Positions 1 to 12,552 of a stretch of DNA of 64,000 bases are shown here, in pieces. The notes beneath the pieces were generated by a model that saw only the letters and a list, made by a program, of their open reading frames with translations, made no database searches and was not told the DNA's origin. The DNA lies in contig CM082583.2 in assembly GCA_040954595.2 (NCBI GenBank), positions 10,863,656 to 10,927,655 of the forward strand. The letters run 5' to 3'. How positions within the stretch are numbered: the first letter of the stretch is position 1; the number at the start of each line of letters is the position of its first letter. A program made the position numbers and the translations under genes. Origin of the DNA: Balanoglossus misakiensis. Its lineage: Eukaryota > Animalia > Hemichordata.

Positions 1-3000
1 TTCCTGAGCTATAACCCATGGTTTTTTTCAAAAAATGACTAAATTTTGAAAATTCGAAAAGTCGAAAAATCCTCGATTTTTGAACATTTTCCTGAGCTAT
101 AACCCATGTTTTTTTCAAAAAATGACCAAATTTTGAAAATTCGAAAAGTCGAAAAATCCTCGATTTTTGAACATTTTCCTGAGCTATAACCCATGGTTTT
201 TTCAAAAAATGACCAAATTTTGAAAATTCGAAAAGTCGAAAAATCCTCGATTTTTGAACATTTTCCTGAGCTATAACCCATGGTTTTTTCAAAAAATGAC
301 CAAATTTTGAAAATTCGAAAAGTCGAAAAATCCTCGATTTTTGAACATTTTCCTGAGCTATAACCCATGGTTTTTTCAAAAAATGACCAAATTTTGAAAA
401 TTCGAAAAGTCGAAAAATCCTCGATTTTTGAACATTTTCCTGAGCTATAACCCATGGTTTTTTCAAAAAATGACCAAATTTTGAAAATTCGAAAAGTCGA
501 AAAATCCTCGATTTTTGAACATTTTCCTGAGCTATAACCCATGGTTTTTTCAAAAAATGAACAAATTTTGAAAATTCGAAAAGTCGAAAAATCCTCGATT
601 TTTGAACATTTTCCTGAGCTATAACCCATGGTTTTTTCAAAAAATGACCAAATTTTGAAAATTCGAAAAGTCGAAAAATCCTCGATTTTTGAACATTTTC
701 CTGAGCTATAACCCATGGTTTTTTCAAAAAATGACCAAATTTTGAAAATTCGAAAAGTCGAAAAATCCTCGATTTTTGAACATTTTCCTGAGCTATAACC
801 CATGGTTTTTTTCAAAAAATGACCAAATTTTGAAAATTCGAAAAGTCGAAAAATCCTCGATTTTTGAACATTTTCCTGAGCTATAACCCATGGTTTTTTC
901 AAAAAATGACAAAATTTTGAAAATTCGAAAAGTCGAAAAATCCTCGATTTTTGAACATTTTCCTGAGCTATAACCCATGGTTTTTTCAAAAAATGACCAA
1001 ATTTTGAAAATTCGCAAAGTCGAAAAATCGTCGATTTTTGAACATTTTCCTGAGCTATAACCCATGGTTTTTTCAAAAAATGACCAAATTTTGAAAATTC
1101 GCAAAGTCGAAAAATCCTCGATTTTTGAACATTTTCCTGAGCTATAACCCATGATTTTTTCAAAAAATGACCAAATTTTGAAAATTCGCAAAGTCGAAAA
1201 ATCCTCGATTTTTGAACATTTTCCTGAGCTATAACCCATAGTTTTTTCAAAAAATGACCAAATTTTGAAAATTCGCAAAGTCGAAAAATCCTCGATTTTT
1301 GAACATTTTCCTGAGCTATAACCCATGGTTTTTTCAAAAAATGACCAAATTTTGAAAATTCGCAAAGTCGAAAAATCCTCGATTTTTGAACATTTTCCTG
1401 AGCTATAACCCATGGTTTTTTCAAAAAATGACCAAATTTTGAAAATTCGAAAAGTCGAAAAATCCTCGATTTTTGAACATTTTCCTGAGCTATAACCCAT
1501 GGTTTTTTCAAAAAATGACCAAATTTTGAAAATTCGCAAAGTCGAAAAATCCTCGATTTTTGAACATTTTCCTGAGCTATAACCCATGGTTTTTTCAAAA
1601 AATGACCAAATTTTGAAAAGTCGAAAAGTCGAAAAATCCTCGATTTTTGAACATTTTCCTGAGCTATAACCCATGGTTTTTTCAAAAAATGACCAAATTT
1701 TGAAAATTCGAAAAGTCGAAAAATCCTCGATTTTTGAACATTTTCCTGAGCTATAACCCATGGTTTTTTCAAAAAATGACCAAATTTTGAAAATTCGAAA
1801 AGTCGAAAAATCCTCGATTTTTGAACATTTTCCTGAGCTATAACCCATGGTTTTTTCAAAAAATGACCAAATTTTGAAAATTCGAAAAGTCGAAAAATCC
1901 TCGATTTTTGAACATTTTCCTGAGCTATAACCCATGGTTTTTTCAAAAAATGACCAAATTTTGAAAATTCGAAAAGTCGAAAAATCCTCGATTTTTGAAC
2001 ATTTTCCTGAGCTATAACCCATGGTTTTTTTCAAAAAATGACCAAATTTTGAAAATTCGAAAAGTCGAAAAATCCTCGATTTTTGAACATTTTCCTGAGC
2101 TATAACCCATGGTTTTTTCAAAAAATGACCAAATTTTGAAAATTCGAAAAGTCGAAAAATCCTCGATTTTTGAACATTTTCCTGAGCTATAACCCATGGT
2201 TTTTTCAAAAAATGACCAAATTTTGAAAATTCGCAAAGTCGAAAAATCCTCGATTTTTGAACATTTTCCTGAGCTATAACCCATGATTTTTTCAAAAAAT
2301 GACCAAATTTTGAAAATTCGCAAAGTCGAAAAATCCTCGATTTTTGAACATTTTCCTGAGCTATAACCCATGGTTTTTTCAAAAAATGACCAAATTTTGA
2401 AAATTCGAAAAGTCGAAAAATCCTCGATTTTTGAACATTTTCCTGAGCTATAACCCATGGTTTTTTCAAAAAATGACCAAATTTTGAAAAGTCGAAAAGT
2501 CGAAAAATCCTCGATTTTTGAACATTTTCCTGAGCTATAACCCATGGTTTTTTCAAAAAATGACCAAATTTTGAAAAGTCGAAAAGTCGAAAAATCCTCG
2601 ATTTTTGAACATTTTCCTGAGCTATAACCCATGGTTTTTTCAAAAAATGACCAAATTTTGAAAATTCGAAAAGTCGAAAAATCCTCGATTTTTGAACATT
2701 TTCCTGAGCTATAACCCATGGTTTTTTCAAAAAATGACCAAATTTTGAAAATTCGAAAAGTCGAAAAATCCTCGATTTTTGAACATTTTCCTGAGCTATA
2801 ACCCATGGTTTTTTCAAAAAATGACCAAATTTTGAAAATTCGAAAAGTCGAAAAATCGTCGATTTTTGAACATTTTCCTGAGCTATAACCATATAACCCA
2901 TGGTTTTTTTCAAAAAATGACCAAATTTTGAAAATTCGCAAAGTCGAAAAATCGTCGATTTTTGAACATTTTCCTGAGCTATAACCCATGGTTTTTTTTC

Positions 3001-6000
3001 AAAAAATGACCAAATTTTGAAAATTCGAAAAGTCGAAAAATCCTCGATTTTTGAACATTTTCCTGAGCTATAACCCATGTTTTTTTCAAAAAATGACCAA
3101 ATTTTGAAAATTCGCAAAGTCGAAAAATCCTCGATTTTTGAACATTTTCCTGAGCTATAACCCATGGTTTTTTCAAAAAATGACCAAATTTTGAAAATTC
3201 GAAAAGTCGAAAAATCGTCGATTTTTGAACATTTTCCTGAGCTATAACCATATAACCCATGGTTTTTTTCAAAAAATGACCAAATTTTGAAAATTCGCAA
3301 AGTCGAAAAATCGTCGATTTTTGAACATTTTCCTGAGCTATAACCCATGGTTTTTTTCAAAAAATGACCAAATTTTGAAAATTCGAAAAGTCGAAAAATC
3401 CTCGATTTTTGAACATTTTCCTGAGCTATAACCCATGTTTTTTTCAAAAAATGACCAAATTTTGAAAATTCGCAAAGTCGAAAAATCCTCGATTTTTGAA
3501 CATTTTCCTGAGCTATAACCCATGGTTTTTTCAAAAAATGACCAAATTTTGAAAATTCGCAAAGTCGAAAAATCCTCGATTTTTGAACATTTTCCTGAGC
3601 TATAACCCATGGTTTTTTCAAAAAATGACCAAATTTTGAAAATTCGAAAAGTCGAAAAATCCTCGATTTTTGAACATTTTCCTGAGCTATAACCCATGAT
3701 TTTTTCAAAATATGACCAAATTTTGAAAATTCGCAAAGTCGAAAAATCCTCGATTTTTGAACATTTTCCTGAGCTATAACCCATGGTTTTTTCAAAAAAT
3801 GACCAAATTTTGAAAATTCGAAAAGTCGAAAAATCCTCGATTTTTGAACATTTTCCTGAGCTATAACCCATGGTTTTTTCAAAAAATGACCAAATTTTGA
3901 AAAGTCGAAAAGTCGAAAAATCCTCGATTTTTGAACATTTTCCTGAGCTATAACCCATGGTTTTTTCAAAAAATGACCAAATTTTGAAAATTCGAAAAGT
4001 CGAAAAATCCTCGATTTTTGAACATTTTCCTGAGCTATAACCCATGGTTTTTTCAAAAAATGACCAAATTTTGAAAATTCGAAAAGTCAAAAAATCGTCG
4101 ATTTTTGAACATTTTCCTGAGCTATAACCATATAACCCATGGTTTTTTTCAAAAAATGACCAAATTTTGAAAATTCGCAAAGTCGAAAAATCGTCGATTT
4201 TTGAACATTTTCCTGAGCTATAACCCATGGTTTTTTTCAAAAAATGACCAAATTTTGAAAATTCGAAAAGTCGAAAAATCCTCGATTTTTGAACATTTTC
4301 CTGAGCTATAACCCATGTTTTTTTCAAAAAATGACCAAATTTTGAAAATTCGCAAAGTCGAAAAATCCTCGATTTTTGAACATTTTCCTGAGCTATAACC
4401 CATGGTTTTTTCAAAAAATGACCAAATTTTGAAAATTCGCAAAGTCGAAAAATCCTCGATTTTTGAACATTTTCCTGAGCTATAACCCATGGTTTTTTTC
4501 AAAAAATGACCAAATTTTGAAAATTCGCAAAGTCGAAAAATCGTCGATTTTTGAACATTTTCCTGAGCTATAACCCATGGTTTTTTTCAAAAAATGACCA
4601 AATTTTGAAAATTCGAAAAGTCGAAAAATCCTCGATTTTTGAACATTTTCCTGAGCTATAACCCATGTTTTTTTCAAAAAATGACCAAATTTTGAAAATT
4701 CGCAAAGTCGAAAAATCCTCGATTTTTGAACATTTTCCTGAGCTATAACCCATGGTTTTTTCAAAAAATGACCAAATTTTGAAAATTCGCAAAGTCGAAA
4801 AATCCTCGATTTTTGAACATTTTCCTGAGCTATAACCCATGGTTTTTTCAAAAAATGACCAAATTTTGAAAATTCGAAAAGTCGAAAAATCCTCGATTTT
4901 TGAACATTTTCCTGAGCTATAACCCATGATTTTTTCAAAATATGACCAAATTTTGAAAATTCGCAAAGTCGAAAAATCCTCGATTTTTGAACATTTTCCT
5001 GAGCTATAACCCATGGTTTTTTCAAAAAATGACCAAATTTTGAAAATTCGAAAAGTCGAAAAATCCTCGATTTTTGAACATTTTCCTGAGCTATAACCCA
5101 TGGTTTTTTCAAAAAATGACCAAATTTTGAAAAGTCGAAAAGTCGAAAAATCCTCGATTTTTGAACATTTTCCTGAGCTATAACCCATGGTTTTTTCAAA
5201 AAATGACCAAATTTTGAAAATTCGAAAAGTCGAAAAATCCTCGATTTTTGAACATTTTCCTGAGCTATAACCCATGGTTTTTTCAAAAAATGACCAAATT
5301 TTGAAAATTCGAAAAGTCAAAAAATCGTCGATTTTTGAACATTTTCCTGAGCTATAACCATATAACCCATGGTTTTTTTCAAAAAATGACCAAATTTTGA
5401 AAATTCGCAAAGTCGAAAAATCGTCGATTTTTGAACATTTTCCTGAGCTATAACCCATGGTTTTTTTCAAAAAATGACCAAATTTTGAAAATTCGAAAAG
5501 TCGAAAAATCCTCGATTTTTGAACATTTTCCTGAGCTATAACCCATGTTTTTTTCAAAAAATGACCAAATTTTGAAAATTCGCAAAGTCGAAAAATCCTC
5601 GATTTTTGAACATTTTCCTGAGCTATAACCCATGGTTTTTTCAAAAAATGACCAAATTTTGAAAATTCGCAAAGTCGAAAAATCCTCGATTTTTGAACAT
5701 TTTCCTGAGCTATAACCCATGGTTTTTTTCAAAAAATGACCAAATTTTGAAAATTCGAAAAGTCGAAAAATCCTCGATTTTTGAACATTTTCCTGAGCTA
5801 TAACCCATGGTTTTTTCAAAAAATGACCAAATTTTGAAAATTCGAAAAGTCGAAAAATCCTCGATTTTTGAACATTTTCCTGAGCTATAACCCATGGTTT
5901 TTTCAAAAAATGACCAAATTTTGAAAATTCGAAAAGTCGAAAAATCCTCGATTTTTGAACATTTTCCTGAGCTATAACCCATGGTTTTTTCAAAAAATGA

Positions 6001-9000
6001 CCAAATTTTGAAAATTCGAAAAGTCGAAAAATCCTCGATTTTTGAACATTTTCCTGAGCTATAACCCATGGTTTTTTCAAAAAATGACCAAATTTAGAAA
6101 AGTCGAAAAGTCGAAAAATCCTCGATTTTTGAACATTTTCCTGAGCTATAACCCATGGTTTTTTCAAAAAATGACCAAATTTTGAAAATTCGCAAAGTCG
6201 AAAAATCCTCGATTTTTGAACATTTTCCTGAGCTATAACCCATGGTTTTTTCAAAAAATGACCAAATTTTGAAAATTCGAAAAGTCGAAAAATCCTCGAT
6301 TTTTGAACATTTTCCTGAGCTATAACCCATGGTTTATTCAAAAAATGACCAAATTTTGAAAATTCGAAAAGTCGAAAAATCCTCGATTTTTGAACATTTT
6401 CCTGAGCTATAACCCATGGTTTTTTCAAAAAATGACCAAATTTTGAAAATTCGAAAAGTCGAAAAATCCTCGATTTTTGAACATTTTCCTGAGCTATAAC
6501 CCATGGTTTTTTCAAAAAATGACCAAATTTTGAAAATTCGAAAAGTCGAAAAATCCTCGATTTTTGAACATTTTCCTGAGCTATAACCCATGGTTTTTTC
6601 AAAAAATGACCAAATTTTGAAAATTCGAAAAGTCGAAAAATCCTCGATTTTTGAACATTTTCCTGAGCTATAACCCATGGTTTTTTCAAAAAATGACCAA
6701 ATTTTGAAAATTCGAAAAGTCGAAAAATCCTCGATTTTTGAACATTTTCCTGAGCTATAACCCATGGTTTTTTCAAAAAATGACCAAATTTTGAAAATTC
6801 GAAAAGTCGAAAAATCCTCGATTTTTGAACATTTTCCTGAGCTATAACCCATGGTTTTTTCAAAAAATGACCAAATTTTGAAAATTCGAAAAGTCGAAAA
6901 ATCCTCGATTTTTGAACATTTTCCTGAGCTATAACCCATGGTTTTTTCAAAAAATGACCAAATTTTGAAAATTCGAAAAGTCGAAAAATCCTCGATTTTT
7001 GAACATTTTCCTGAGCTATAACCCATGGTTTTTTTCAAAAAATGACCAAATTTTGAAAATTCGAAAAGTCGAAAAATCCTCGATTTTTGAACATTTTCCT
7101 GAGCTATAACCCATGGTTTTTTCAAAAAATGACCAAATTTTGAAAATTCGAAAAGTCGAAAAATCCTCGATTTTTGAACATTTTCCTGAGCTATAACCCA
7201 TGGTTTTTTCAAAAAATGACCAAATTTTGAAAATTCGCAAAGTCGAAAAATCCTCGATTTTTGAACATTTTCCTGAGCTATAACCCATGATTTTTTCAAA
7301 AAATGACCAAATTTTGAAAATTCGCAAAGTCCAAAAATCCTCGATTTTTGAACATTTTCCTGAGCTATAACCCATGGTTTTTTCAAAAAATGACCAAATT
7401 TTGAAAATTCGAAAAGTCGAAAAATCCTCGATTTTTGAACATTTTCCTGAGCTATAACCCATGGTTTTTTCAAAAAATGACCAAATTTTGAAAATTCGAA
7501 AAGTCGAAAAATCCTCGATTTTTGAACATTTTCCTGAGCTATAACCCATGGTTTTTTTCAAAAAATGACCAAATTTTGAAAATTCGAAAAGTCGAAAAAT
7601 CCTCTATTTTTGAACATTTTCCTGAGCTATAACCCATGGTTTTTTCAAAAAATGACCAAATTTTGAAAATTCGAAAAGTCGAAAAATCCTCGATTTTTGA
7701 ACATTTTCCTGAGCTATAACCCATGGTTTTTTCAAAAAATGACCAAATTTTGAAAATTCGAAAAGTCGAAAAATCCTCGATTTTTGAACATTTTCCTGAG
7801 CTATAACCCATGGTTTTTTCAAAAAATGACCAAATTTTGAAAATTCGAAAAGTCGAAAAATCCTCGATTTTTGAACATTTTCCTGAGCTATAACCCATGG
7901 TTTTTTCAAAAAATGACCAAATTTTGAAAATTCGCAAAGTCGAAAAATCCTCGATTTTTGAACATTTTCCTGAGCTATAACCCATGGTTTTTTCAAAAAA
8001 TGACCAAATTTTGAAAATTCGCAAAGTCGAAAAATCCTCGATTTTTGAACATTTTCCTGAGCTATAACCCATGGTTTTTTCAAAAAATGACCAAATTTTG
8101 AAAAGTCGAAAAGTCGAAAAATCCTCGATTTTTGAACATTTTCCTGAGCTATAACCCATGGTTTTTTCAAAAAACGACCAAATTTTGAAAAGTCGAAAAG
8201 TCGAAAAATCCTCGATTTTTGAACATTTTCCTGAGCTATAACCCATGGTTTTTTCAAAAAATGACTAAATTTTGAAAATTCGAAAAGCCGAAAAATCCTC
8301 GATTTTTGAACATTTTCCTGAGCTATAACCCATGGTTTTTTCAAAAAATGACCAAATTTTGAAAATTCGAAAAGTCGAAAAATCCTCGATTTTTGAACAT
8401 TTTCCTGAGCTATAACCCATGGTTTTTTCAAAAAATGACCAAATTTTGAAAATTCGAAAAGTCGAAAAATCCTCGATTTTTGAACATTTTCCTGAGCTAT
8501 AACCCATGGTTTTTTCAAAAAATGACCAAATTTTGAAAATTCGAAAAGTCGAAAAATCCTCGATTTTTGAACATTTTCCTGAGCTATAACCCATGGTTTT
8601 TTCAAAAAATGACCAAATTTTGAAAATTCGAAAAGTCGAAAAATCCTCGATTTTTGAACATTTTCCTGAGCTATAACCCATGGTTTTTTCAAAAAATGAC
8701 CAAATTTTGAAAATTCGCAAAGTCGAAAAATCCTCGATTTTTGAACATTTTCCTGAGCTATAACCCATGGTTTTTTCAAAAAATGACCAAATTTTGAAAA
8801 GTCGAAAAGTCGAAAAATCCTCGATTTTTGAACATTTTCCTGAGCTATAACCCATGGTTTTTTCAAAAAATGACCAAATTTTGAAAAGTCGAAAAGTCGA
8901 AAAATCCTCGATTTTTGAACATTTTCCTGAGCTATAACCCATGGTTTTTTCAAAAAATGACTAAATTTTGAAAATTCGAAAAGTCGAAAAATCCTCGATT

Positions 9001-10350
9001 TTTGAACATTTTCCTGAGCTATAACCCATGGTTTTTTCAAAAAATGACCAAATTTTGAAAATTCGAAAAGTCGAAAAATCCTCGATTTTTGAACATTTTC
9101 CTGAGCTATAACCCATGGTTTTTTCAAAAAATGACCAAATTTTGAAAATTCGCAAAGTCGAAAAATCCTCGATTTTTGAACATTTTCCTGAGCTATAACC
9201 CATGGTTTTTTCAAAAAATGACCAAATTTTGAAAATTCGAAAAGTCGAAAAATCCTCGATTTTTGAACATTTTCCTGAGCTATAACCCATGGTTTTTTCA
9301 AAAAATGACCAAATTTTGAAAATTCGAAAAGTCGAAAAATCCTCGATTTTTGAACATTTTCCTGAGCTATAACCCATGGTTTTTTCAAAAAATGACCAAA
9401 TTTTGAAAATTCGAAAAGTCGAAAAATCCTCGATTTTTGAACATTTTCCTGAGCTATAACCCATGGTTTTTTCAAAAAATGACCAAATTTTGAAAATTCG
9501 AAAAGTCGAAAAATCCTCGATTTTTGAACATTTTCCTGAGCTATAACCCATGGTTTTTTCAAAAAATGACCAAATTTTGAAAATTCGAAAAGTCGAAAAA
9601 TCCTCGATTTTTGAACATTTTCCTGAGCTATAACCCATGGTTTTTTCAAAAAATGACCAAATTTTGAAAATTCGAAAAGTCGAAAAATCCTCGATTTTTG
9701 AACATTTTCCTGAGCTATAACCCATGGTTTTTTCAAAAAATGACCAAATTTTGAAAATTCGAAAAGTCGAAAAATCCTCGATTTTTGAACATTTTCCTGA
9801 GCTATAACCCATGGTTTTTTCAAAAAATGACCAAATTTTGAAAATTCGAAAAGTCGAAAAATCCTCGATTTTTGAACATTTTCCTGAGCTATAACCCATG
9901 GTTTTTTCAAAAAATGACCAAATTTTGAAAATTCGAAAAGTCGAAAAATCCTCGATTTTTGAACATTTTCCTGAGCTATAACCCATGGTTTTTTCAAAAA
10001 ATGACCAAATTTTGAAAATTCGAAAAGTCGAAAAATCCTCGATTTTTGAACATTTTCCTGAGCTATAACCCATGGTTTTTTCAAAAAATGACCAAATTTT
10101 GAAAATTCGAAAAGTCGAAAAATCCTCGATTTTTGAACATTTTCCTGAGCTATAACCCATGGTTTTTTCAAAAAATGACCAAATTTTGAAAATTCGAAAA
10201 GTCGAAAAATCCTCGATTTTTGAACATTTCCCTGAGCTATAACCCATGGTTTTTTCAAAAAATGACCAAATTTTGAAAATTCGCAAAGTCGAAAAATCCT
10301 CGATTTTTGAACATTTTCCTGAGCTATAACCCATGGTTTTTTCAAAAAAT
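1..10350. repeat. 87-bp satellite DNA array (~119 monomers, truncated by the window start)
   Basis: Head-to-tail monomer TTCCTGAGCTATAACCCATGGTTTTTTCAAAAAATGACCAAATTTTGAAAATTCGAAAAGTCGAAAAATCCTCGATTTTTGAACATT recurs every 87-88 bp with only point variants and short indels. Confidence 0.99.
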
Positions 10351-10600
10351 TACCAAAGATGACAAAATCATCAAAAAGTCGAAAATTTGTCATTTTTGGC
10401 ACTTTCATGGGCTATAACCCATGAAAAACGTCCAAAGATGACAAAATCACCAGAATTTTTGAAGTCGAGAATTTGTCATTTTTGGCACTTTCATTAGCTA
10501 TAACCCATGAAAAACGTCCAAAGATGACAAAACCACCAAAATTTTCAAACTCGAGAATTTGTTATGACTTTGCCATTTTTGGCGATTTTGTCATTGTTGT
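10351..10600. repeat. Diverged satellite junction monomers (second subfamily, ~86-88 bp)
   Basis: CTATAACCCATG recurs at 10324, 10412 and 10498. The sequence between (CCAAAGATGACAAAA..A; AATTTGTCATTTTTGGCACTTTCAT) is shared among these units but differs from the main monomer. Confidence 0.85.
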
Positions 10601-12552
10601 TGACACAAACAGCAAAAATGATTCAAAAATTAAAACATGACTTATCACCAGAATTCGAAGAAACTACTTCTGGGATCATGGAAACAGCAAAAATGAAGTT
10701 TGTTTTGAAAAAAATTGAATTTTGATATTTTTATCTGGCTATGTGTTTCAAACCGAATTATTTCTTCTCGTCTGTAACGTACCGATCTCTATATGAATAT
10801 CGCCACCAAGCAGTATAATGATCAGTTTCCTTTTTTCAGTCTTCCCCGGATTTCGCAATCGCAGTGATTGTACGTTTTAAATTTCTCATCAGTCGTGCCA
10901 TGACTAATGTTCTTTCAATGTGGCATTTTTCTTTAAATGACTTCTGAAGAATTATGACCTCTCCGATCTCAATTATCCTCCAGGTCTGCGTCCCCATCTC
11001 TTATTTCTTCCCGCGGATTCAGATTTCAAATACGAGTGTTCAAGTGATACCTGTTGCGTGCCCAGTTCATTCTGGGTTCCGCTAATCTTTCACAGGGCCT
11101 ATGTATTCGCAACCACGTGAGAACACAGCAATAACGAGTTCTCTAACACCACTGTTGGTCTACGGCCAAAGTGTGGCCATTAACCCAGAGAACAACCTTA
11201 TTTACTTACAACAATAGACGACACTAAAGATTTCTATACAATCGATTCTTTTTGGCATCATTTTATTTGCTTCTGATTTGAACTCTGAATTCTATTCATC
11301 TTTACCTCCGTCAAATTATCTTGAGCAAAAAGCTTACTTGCACGTTACAGCAGTCACAAAGGAACACAGTAATTGCACGTGATGTTTAATTGACGGTTGG
11401 GTTGACATTTCTTTATGGGGTCTATATAACTCTGTCCATTCCAGGCCAAAGTATAAAATCAATCTGGCATTTGATACAAAGTTTATTAACTCTCTATCTA
11501 TAAACGTGTATTGAACTTGGAACTAAACAGCAACAAAGGCTTTTAGATAAAGTTATCAGTGTTTTATGCTATAAATTATATTCGATCGTTGCGTAATACT
11601 TTGGCGTTTCGTGCATCAGCGAGGAAAGTCCGACACAATCTACACGCGTCTTTCAGTTACAACATTCCCTCTGATAAAAAAATGTTTCAAATCAAACCTA
11701 AATGGATAAAAACTATATCTAAAAATATTTGACTTCATAATAAATACCATACAAAGAATATAGATCTGTATCTTTCTGAAATAATTTCACAGGTGAAATC
11801 AGTATACAACAGAAACTCTCACCATGTCTGAAAATAACAAACCGATGAATCATATTTAACATGTTCTGTGGTGTGACTTTCATGTTGGTCACGTGGGTGG
11901 GTTTGTTTCAGTAGAAGCAATAATTAACTTCGATGCTAAATAAATCCTGGATCGAAGCAACTTTTATGACTTCCTTTAAAAATCACCATGGGAACATAGC
12001 AATTTGCGTAGAACGCCACAAACGATATTTCGCTTGCAAAGTCGTAAAACACGTTTAGTGATGGTTACTCTGTGTCTTTACTTTAACGACATTGGCTGCA
12101 ATTCAACTCCGTCGCAACATCATGTCGATTTGAACAGTAGTCTTTGTAGGTCAAAGGGCAGACATCTAATAACCACCTAAGCATTCGACCTTTGACTCTA
12201 TGTATATACACCATGGTGATAAATATGTGTTCTTCGAAGGCGCGTCGTGTTCACAAAAGTAGCCTCAGGCTGATTACTACACATCTCAACGCTGTTGATC
12301 TAGCTGCACGTCCGATATAGTCTTCCATTCCTCTTGTTGTCATAGTTACAGTATATATTATTTAAAGTATCACACAACACAATAATGTCCATCAAATCAA
12401 CTATATCTTGAGGTAGCTTGCTTAAGTATTTAGATTTCCCCACTAAATTTGAGGAAATGGCTTTTTTGCAAAACATTCAAACGGAGTGTTTTCATATACG
12501 TTGTTTTACCCTGTCGAGAAATTCTTGCTGAAATTAAGGCAATTTTAGTTGA

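Noticed and set aside
1-10350. CRISPR-like array
   Set aside because: There are no unique spacers (monomers abut), no cas genes, and the context is eukaryotic.
39-10408. Long minus-strand ORFs (up to 1087 aa) of 29-aa repeats
   Set aside because: The monomer is 87 nt (29 codons) with two stop-free frames. Indels swap frames freely and point stops occur, so there is no coding constraint.
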